A model generated the notes under the pieces. The model was not told where the DNA came from, did not search any database, and saw nothing but the letters and a program-made list of their open reading frames with translations. A stretch of DNA of 64,000 nucleotides from an uncultured Syntrophobacterales bacterium (GTDB lineage: Bacteria > Desulfobacterota > Binatia > UBA9968 > JAJDTQ01): the NCBI GenBank assembly GCA_964519455.1, contig CAZFIU010000005.1, positions 3,749 to 67,748 of the forward strand, written 5' to 3'. This document shows, one piece after another, positions 56,233 to 64,000 of the stretch. Every line of letters starts with the position of its first letter. Positions within the stretch are counted from its first letter, which is position 1. The position numbers were made by a program, and so were the translations under genes.

Positions 56233-57302
56233 CCGTCAACCTGGAAGAGCGCTCCTATCCCATCGAGCTGGGCGAAGGCCTCCTGTCCCGCGTGGGCGAG
56301 ATCATGAAAGCGCGGGGCATCAACGGCCGCGTGGGCATCGTCTCCAACCCGGCGGTGGCCGAGCTCTATGGGGACCCGGTGCGGGAGTCCCTGGAGGCCG
56401 CGGGTTACGAGACCGTCCTGGTGCTCATCCCGGAAGGCGAGGCGCACAAGAACACGTCGTCCCTGGGATCGATCTACGACACACTGGTGGAGCATCGCTT
56501 CGACCGGAGCGCCACCCTCATCGCCCTGGGCGGCGGGGTCATCGGCGACATTACCGGCTTCGCCGCGGCGACTTTCCTGCGCGGCATCGGCTACGTCCAG
56601 ATCCCCACCACGCTGCTGGCCCAGGTGGACGCCAGCGTGGGCGGCAAGACCGCGGTCAACCACGAGCAGGGCAAGAACCTCATCGGCGCGTTTTACCAGC
56701 CGCGCCTGGTGGTCATCGACTTCGGCACCCTGCGCACCCTGCCGCGGCGCGAGTATGCCGCGGGCATGGCCGAGGTGATCAAGTACGGCGTCATCGAGGA
56801 CGCGGCGTTCTTCGTCTTTCTGGAAGAAGAGATGGACGCGCTGCTGGGGATCGAGGGGCACGCCGTCGAGCACGCGGTGGCGGCGTCGTGCCGCATCAAG
56901 GCCGCGGTGGTGGAGCAGGACGAGCGCGAGACCGACCGCCGCGCCATCCTGAACTTCGGCCACACCATCGGACACGCGTTGGAGTCCTTTACCGGCTACG
57001 AGCGTTTCCTTCACGGCGAGGCCGTGGCCGTCGGCATGATCCAGGCGGCGGCCTTGTCCGCCGCGCAAGGCCTGTGCAGCGCCGCCGAGCTGGGGCGCAT
57101 CGAGGCGCTGGTGCGCAAGGCGGGTCTGCCCTGGCGCATACCGGACGACATCGCCCTGGACGACCTCATCGCCGGGATGGCGCTCGACAAGAAGTCACAC
57201 GCGGGCAAAATCAAGTTCGTGCTGTGCGAAGGCATCGGTGGGACCCGCTTCCAGTGGTTTTCCCCGGACGAGATCGTCCGGGAGCTGGCGGCCGGCCTTT
57301 GA
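56220..57302 (+). CDS. aroB: 3-dehydroquinate synthase
   Basis: ..LIALGGGVIGDITGFAAATFLRGI..VQIPTTLLAQVDASVGGKTAVN.. is present. Confidence 0.9.
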   Translation: MQTITVNLEERSYPIELGEGLLSRVGEIMKARGINGRVGIVSNPAVAELYGDPVRESLEAAGYETVLVLIPEGEAHKNTSSLGSIYDTLVEHRFDRSATLIALGGGVIGDITGFAAATFLRGIGYVQIPTTLLAQVDASVGGKTAVNHEQGKNLIGAFYQPRLVVIDFGTLRTLPRREYAAGMAEVIKYGVIEDAAFFVFLEEEMDALLGIEGHAVEHAVAASCRIKAAVVEQDERETDRRAILNFGHTIGHALESFTGYERFLHGEAVAVGMIQAAALSAAQGLCSAAELGRIEALVRKAGLPWRIPDDIALDDLIAGMALDKKSHAGKIKFVLCEGIGGTRFQWFSPDEIVRELAAGL

Positions 57303-57383
57303 TCCTCGCGCGGGCGCTCGTTCATCGGCTCGCGCGCGCGGGGAAACCTTCCTTTCCTGCACGGGCCTCGGGAGTTCACGATC

Positions 57384-57827
57384 ATGCCTGACACCAGGAT
57401 ACTGGTCCTGCACGGACCCAACCTGAACCTGCTCGGGTCGCGCGAGCCGGAGATCTACGGCCGCGACACCCTTGCGGACATCGATGCCCGCGTGGGCTCC
57501 CTGGCCGCCGAGTTGGGCGTCGCCGTCGAGACGCGCCAGTCCAACCACGAGGGCGAGCTGGTCACCTGGGTCCAGCAGGCCGGCGCCGGCGGCTTCGGCG
57601 CCGTCATCGTCAACGCCGGCGCGTACACGCATACGAGCATCGCGCTGCGGGACGCCCTGGCGGCGTGCGGGTTGCCGGTGATCGAGGTGCACCTCTCCAA
57701 CATCTACAAGCGCGAAGCGTTCCGGCACACGTCGCTCGTCGCCGGCGTGGCGGTCGGGCAGATCGCGGGTTTCGGGGCCGAGAGCTACCTCCTGGCGCTG
57801 CGGGCCGCGGCCGGAATGCTGCCGTAG
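57384..57827 (+). CDS. aroQ: type II 3-dehydroquinate dehydratase
   Basis: [21 protein letters not shown] and ..VIEVHLSNI.. are present. Confidence 0.9.
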   Translation: MPDTRILVLHGPNLNLLGSREPEIYGRDTLADIDARVGSLAAELGVAVETRQSNHEGELVTWVQQAGAGGFGAVIVNAGAYTHTSIALRDALAACGLPVIEVHLSNIYKREAFRHTSLVAGVAVGQIAGFGAESYLLALRAAAGMLP

Positions 57828-57872
57828 TCCGGCCGCGTCTCCGACCGGCGCGCACGGTCCCGCCGGAAGCCG

Positions 57873-59060
57873 ATGACTTTCTCCCTGTTCATCCTCACCC
57901 TGGTCACCGTCACCCACGTCATCGGGGCGTCGGCGCAATACGGCATCAACACCTTCGCGCCCTTCTACCAGGAGGAGCTGGGTCTCAGCCGCGCCCAGGT
58001 GGGACTCTTCTTCACCGCCTTCTACATCGGCATGGCGGGCTTTTCTTTTCCCGCCGGCTGGTTGAGCGACCGGCTCGGCGTGCGCCGGGCAACCTTGATC
58101 GGCCACGTGTTCGCCGGCACCGCGGTGTTGTTCGCCTCCTCGGCCGAGTCCTTCGGTTGGGCCTTCGCGTGTTTCCTGCTCACCGGCCTGGGCTACAGCT
58201 TCCTCAATCCCGCCTCCACCAAGGGAGTGCTGATGTGGTTCCGCCGCCAGCGCGCCACGGCCATGGGCATCAAGCAGACCGGCGTGCCCGGGGGCGGGGT
58301 GCTCACCGCCCTCGTGGGCGCGCCCCTGGCCGCGGCCTTCGGCTGGCGCGCGGCCCTGGCCGGGATGGGGGTGATGAACGTCCTCTTCGGCGTGGCCTTC
58401 TGGTTCCTCTGGCGCGAGCCCGACGACGCGGATGGAACGGGCCGCGCCCGCGCCGGCGTGGCCGCGAACCCGCCGCTGCCCCTGCGAAGCCTGCTGGCCG
58501 TGAGCTGCGGCACGGCCCTGCTGCTCATCGGGCAGATGTCCCTGCTGACCTACCTGCCCTTGTTCCTCAAGGAACGGCTGGCGTTCTCGACCGTGCACGC
58601 GAGCCAGTGGCTGTCCATCACCCAGGGCGGCGCGGTGCTCGGCCGCGTGGGCTGGGGCACGGTGAGCGACCGGCTCTACGGCGGCCGGCGCAAGGTCGTG
58701 CTGGTGCTCATCGGCGTCATCTCCGTGTTGTTGTGCGCCGGGTTGAGCGCCCTCGGCAAGGGGGTCTCGCCCTTCGTCCTGGTGCCGTTGACCTTTCTCG
58801 GCGGCTTCACCATGATCGGTTACCAAGGCGTTTCGTACTCTCTGATCAGCGAGATCGCGGGCCAGTCCAGGGCGGGGATGGCCCTGGGACTCATGATCAC
58901 CATCAACGCGCTCGGGACCGTGGTCGGTACCCCCACGTTCGGCTATATTGTCGATGCCACCGGCTCCTACGTCATCGCCTGGCAGGCGCTGGCGGGCGTG
59001 CTGGCTCTGGGAACGGTGAACATCGCCGTCTTCGTGAAGGAGCCCCGCCGGGTGGAGTAG
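57873..59060 (+). CDS. MFS transporter
   Basis: The protein is 395 aa with about 12 TM segments and the motif ..GWLSDRLGVRR.. between TM2 and TM3. Confidence 0.8.
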   Translation: MTFSLFILTLVTVTHVIGASAQYGINTFAPFYQEELGLSRAQVGLFFTAFYIGMAGFSFPAGWLSDRLGVRRATLIGHVFAGTAVLFASSAESFGWAFACFLLTGLGYSFLNPASTKGVLMWFRRQRATAMGIKQTGVPGGGVLTALVGAPLAAAFGWRAALAGMGVMNVLFGVAFWFLWREPDDADGTGRARAGVAANPPLPLRSLLAVSCGTALLLIGQMSLLTYLPLFLKERLAFSTVHASQWLSITQGGAVLGRVGWGTVSDRLYGGRRKVVLVLIGVISVLLCAGLSALGKGVSPFVLVPLTFLGGFTMIGYQGVSYSLISEIAGQSRAGMALGLMITINALGTVVGTPTFGYIVDATGSYVIAWQALAGVLALGTVNIAVFVKEPRRVE

Positions 59061-59200
59061 CGCCGCGCCGGCGACGGCGGTCCCCGCGTTCGTCCATGGC
59101 GCCGGGTTCATGGAAGCCGGCGGCGCCAAGGGGAGGGAGCATGCGGGGCCGAGAGGTCGGTGGCGCGGTTCGTTTCCGGGATCATCGAGGAGCCTGACCA

Positions 59201-61359
59201 ATGGAGGAGACAGTCGTCGGACGGAGCGCGGCGACAAGCGCCCGTATCCTGATCGTCCAGCACGACGGCTCCGGCGGCGCACGCCTGGCGCGGAGCGTGA
59301 AGGAGATGGGATACACGGTGTGCGCTACCTTTCCACTCACGTGGGAAGCCATCGACAAGGTCGCCGACGTGAAACCCGACCTGGCTCTCGTCGATCTCGA
59401 CTCGGAGGGGCAAGTCGAGGGTCTTTCCATCGCCGAACGGCTCGAGTCCTGGTGCGACGTTCCGGTGGTGTGCCTGACGGATGGCGTTGAACCGGATCTC
59501 CTTTCGCGGGCGCTCCGCGCGACTCGCTCCGGGTGCGTTCTCAAGCCCTTTGATCCCCGACAACTGCACCTGAACATCCACACGGCGCTCTCGTATCACG
59601 GACCGGGGCGCACGGGCGGGAACACCGGGCCGTTGGAACGAGAGGTGGAGAAGCTCAAGGCTCGCGTCGGCCTCATGGAAACCGTATTCGAGAGCATGAA
59701 GGAAGGCGTCGTGGTCGTCGATGAGAGCGGCAAGACGCTGTTTGCCAATTCATCCGTTAGGGAGGTCGCCGCGGGCCGTTCGGGGAGCCTCTACTTCCAG
59801 GACTGGCACCACCAGTTCGAGCTTTATTCTCGCGACAAGAGCACCGCCCTGCCGCTGGAAGCCAATCCGCTCACGCAAGCTCTGCGGGGGGAAGAGACCG
59901 ACTGGGTCGAGGTGTTCGTAGCCGATCTGCCGGGGGGCGGCCGCTTCCTCAGCGTCAACGCACGGCCCCTCAAGCGAAGCGTTCACGGCATTGGCGGCGG
60001 CGTGGCGGTCTTTCAGGACATCAGCCAGATCAAGGAAGCCGAGGACCGTTTGCAGGATACGATGCGGGAGCTGCGGCAACAGAGCGAGTTGATGGAGACG
60101 GCCTTCAACAGCATACGGGACGGCATCATCGTCGCCGACCACGAGGGAAGATACCTCTACGCCAATCGCGCCGCCGAAGAGTTGTTCGGAGAAGAATACG
60201 AGGCCCTGCGCCGGGGGGAGTGGGTAAAGGAAGGCGCGCACGCGTATTTCTATCCCGATCGGCAGACACCCCTGGAGTGGGAGGATTTTCCCCTTGCCCG
60301 CGCGATCTTCAAGGGGCAGGCGGTCGAAGACATGATCTGGTTCCGGCGTGACCCGACGAGCCCCCATGGCGGCAGCTACATGCGGGTGAACGCGCGGCCG
60401 TTCTTCGACGACCGCGGTGGCATCAGGGGCGCCGTCGGTACCTATAACGACGTGACCACCCACGTGCTGGCGGAGGAGGCGTTGACCCAGGCATACACAC
60501 AGGGACGCCTGGAGATCGTCGATACGATCCTCCACAACATCGGCAACGCCATCAACAGCGTTACCACGGGGATCGAGACCGTCCACCAGCACATGAGCGA
60601 CGACGACCCCTTGCGCCGCCTGCGCGCGCTTGCCGATGCCGTGCTGAAGCATCGGGACGACTGGGTCGACTACATCCGGAACGACGAGCAGGGACAGAAG
60701 GTGCTGCCGTTCCTCGTGGCCCTGGCCGACGACTTCGGGCGGCAGCACGGCGCTTTGGCGAACACCGTGGCCCGGGTCAAGGACAGGGCGAGACACATCG
60801 CCGACATCGTCCGGACGCAGAAGGCCTTCGGTGGCGTCAACATGGTCCGGAAGGACATCGATCTCGGAAACGCGCTCCTGACCGCCGTCAAGGTATTGGA
60901 CGACTCACTCGACCGAAGGAAGATCCGGGTCGACATCGATTGCGGGGGAGCGCCCAGGGAGATTCGGATTCAGGAGAGTCAGTTTCACCAGGCGATGGTC
61001 AATATCGTCAAGAACGCGGCGGAAGCCATCGACGAACTGGCGGCGTCGGGTGGGCTGGACGGTATGCCGCGTATCCGGATACGGGCGTACACCCGGGGAG
61101 AGTTCCTCAACATCGACGTGGCCGACAACGGCATCGGTTTCGCCGAGGGTGACGCGCGAGCGTTCTTTGCCGCGGGCTACTCCACCAAGAAATCGGGGAC
61201 CGGCTTGGGCCTGCATTCCGCGGCCAACTTCGTCATTGGATCGGGAGGGCAGATCGAGCTCCTGAGCGAGGGGCGGAGCAAAGGGGCCACCGCGCGTGTC
61301 GGACTGCGGCTTGCCTCCGTGACGCCCGCGCCCCTGGGCGGAGGGAATCCAGGCAAGGG

Positions 61360-61363
<4 letters not shown>
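59201..61363 (+). CDS. hybrid sensor: N-terminal receiver domain, PAS domains, histidine kinase
   Basis: ILIVQHDG...DLALVDLD is the REC domain. Two PAS-like segments follow. [11 protein letters not shown] is the H-box and DNGIGF...GTGLGLHSA is the HATPase_c domain. Confidence 0.8.
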
Positions 61364-63246
<1,883 letters not shown>

Positions 63247-63256
63247 CGCGACGGCC

Positions 63257-63272
63257 TGTTGCAAAATGCAAC
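63257..63272. promoter_or_regulatory. palindromic candidate enhancer (UAS) site 1
   Basis: TGTTGCA-AAA-TGCAAC lies immediately after the EBP stop. Confidence 0.4.
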
Positions 63273-63368
63273 TACTGTGGCAATATTACGGCACTGGCCA
63301 TAATCGTACTACTAGTTACGGTAAAACAGGCATCTACGACCCTTTGTAGGTGCCGCGACCCTCCGGAA

Positions 63369-63385
63369 TGTTGCAATTCGCAACA
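63369..63385. promoter_or_regulatory. palindromic candidate enhancer (UAS) site 2
   Basis: TGTTGC-AATTC-GCAACA shares the TGTTGC/GCAACA half-sites with site 1. Confidence 0.4.
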
Positions 63386-63464
63386 GTCCCCCGAGTTGGG
63401 ATTCCTCATCCTCCCTTCTGCAACTAACTGAAAACATGAAGGTTTGTGGCGCAACCGCGCCGGC

Positions 63465-63478
63465 GGCACCTGTATTGC
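63465..63478 (+). promoter_or_regulatory. sigma-54 (-24/-12) promoter candidate
   Basis: cGGCAC-ctgta-TTGCt has exact GG-N10-GC spacing. It lies about 95 and 205 bp downstream of the two palindromes and about 65 bp upstream of ATG 63542. Confidence 0.5.
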
Positions 63479-63541
63479 TCCACGAGTCCGTTGTCACAGG
63501 CCCGAGGGATGCCTACCGTCGCGACTACGTGGAGAGCAATC

Positions 63542-63769
63542 ATGCCGCATGAACCTTGCAGGACTCGACTGCGGGTCGACATCGTCGAGGAGTCGGACTT
63601 GTCAAAGTCCGGCCGGATGCGGGCGGTCCAGTGTTATGACCTGCCCGCGGGGTGGACGGCCGCCGAGGTTCACGATCTGTTCCTGGAAAAGGGACTGAAG
63701 CCCGAGAACGAATGGTTGCCGGCCGCCGAGGCCGTGCCACCGTATTGGCGACAGCGCAAGACCGGGTAG
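63542..63769 (+). CDS. hypothetical small protein (75 aa)
   Basis: ATG 63542 is preceded by TGGAGAGCAATC. It lies within ORF 63446..63769, downstream of the sigma-54 promoter candidate. I recognised no motif. Confidence 0.4.
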   Translation: MPHEPCRTRLRVDIVEESDLSKSGRMRAVQCYDLPAGWTAAEVHDLFLEKGLKPENEWLPAAEAVPPYWRQRKTG

Positions 63770-63813
63770 CCCCTTCCACGCCCCGTCCCATCGTTCCGTC
63801 CGGGCGGTCTCGC

Positions 63814-63850
63814 GCGTTGGCATTCCCGGCGCGCCAATGCTATTGTTGTG
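63814..63850 (+). terminator. possible intrinsic terminator
   Basis: GCGTTGGC-(11 nt)-GCCAATGC forms 8 bp including one G-U pair and is followed by TATTGTTGTG. Confidence 0.3.
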
Positions 63851-64000
63851 TCCAGGGTTGGCGTTCGTCCGAGCGGCTCGTTCGATTGTATCGTGCGGGC
63901 GTGTTCGAGCGTATTCCCGGACCCTCATGATGTAGACGCAGACATCGAACCCGACCCGACCCACACCAATCCATGGCTTCTACCGAGTCCGACTATAGAG

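Noticed and set aside
63964-64000. ATG at 63974 (MASTESDYR...), possibly the start of a gene that runs off the right edge.
   Set aside because: Only 9 codons are visible and there is no clear SD, so the call cannot be supported.

Overview
This is a GC-rich bacterial chromosomal window with about 55 protein genes. I found no rRNA, tRNA, CRISPR array, transposase or integrase.

The core is origin-proximal housekeeping synteny: mnmE-mnmG-rsmG-parA-parB, two consensus parS sites, an F1Fo ATP synthase operon (b', b, delta, alpha, gamma, beta, epsilon, with no a or c subunit), and an aroC-aroK-aroB-aroQ shikimate cluster plus a class-I DAHP synthase. This order resembles delta-proteobacterial genomes, but that comparison is from memory only.

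The accessory content is as follows:
1. A tandem array of three autotransporter paralogues at 1-5413. One runs off the window edge, one is intact, and one is a deletion remnant.
2. A secreted phytochelatin-synthase-like protein next to an SDR that lacks the catalytic Tyr.
3. A catabolic-looking cluster rich in amidohydrolase_2 paralogues, with a cupin, a crotonase, a YghU-type GST and ChrA.
4. A lower-GC two-gene cassette of unknown function at 19626-20883.
5. A GrdE-like/GrdB-like pair in which the GrdB-like gene carries an in-frame TGA in the canonical selenocysteine motif (U-GTCTRCG). It is followed by a TctCAB tripartite transporter, and no grdA, grdC or grdD is present.
6. A LexA-type S24 peptidase domain with no DNA-binding domain.
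7. A secreted metzincin-like protein with a TbpB-like C-terminal domain, next to a secreted double-sCache protein whose signal peptide is in a different frame.
8. A lower-GC, tightly coupled three-gene cassette ending in a ComEC-like MBL-fold protein, wedged between parB and the atp operon at 44999-47424. I consider this the best candidate for an undescribed system.
9. A hybrid histidine kinase and sigma-54 enhancer-binding protein, followed by palindromic upstream sites, a GG-N10-GC promoter and a small ORF.

Almost every intergenic region carries short palindromic repeat elements of two or three families, some of them nested into palindromes several hundred bp long. Because of the GC content, the ORF track contains many long antisense shadow ORFs, which I rejected. 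All functional calls come from motif recognition by eye. No database search was run.
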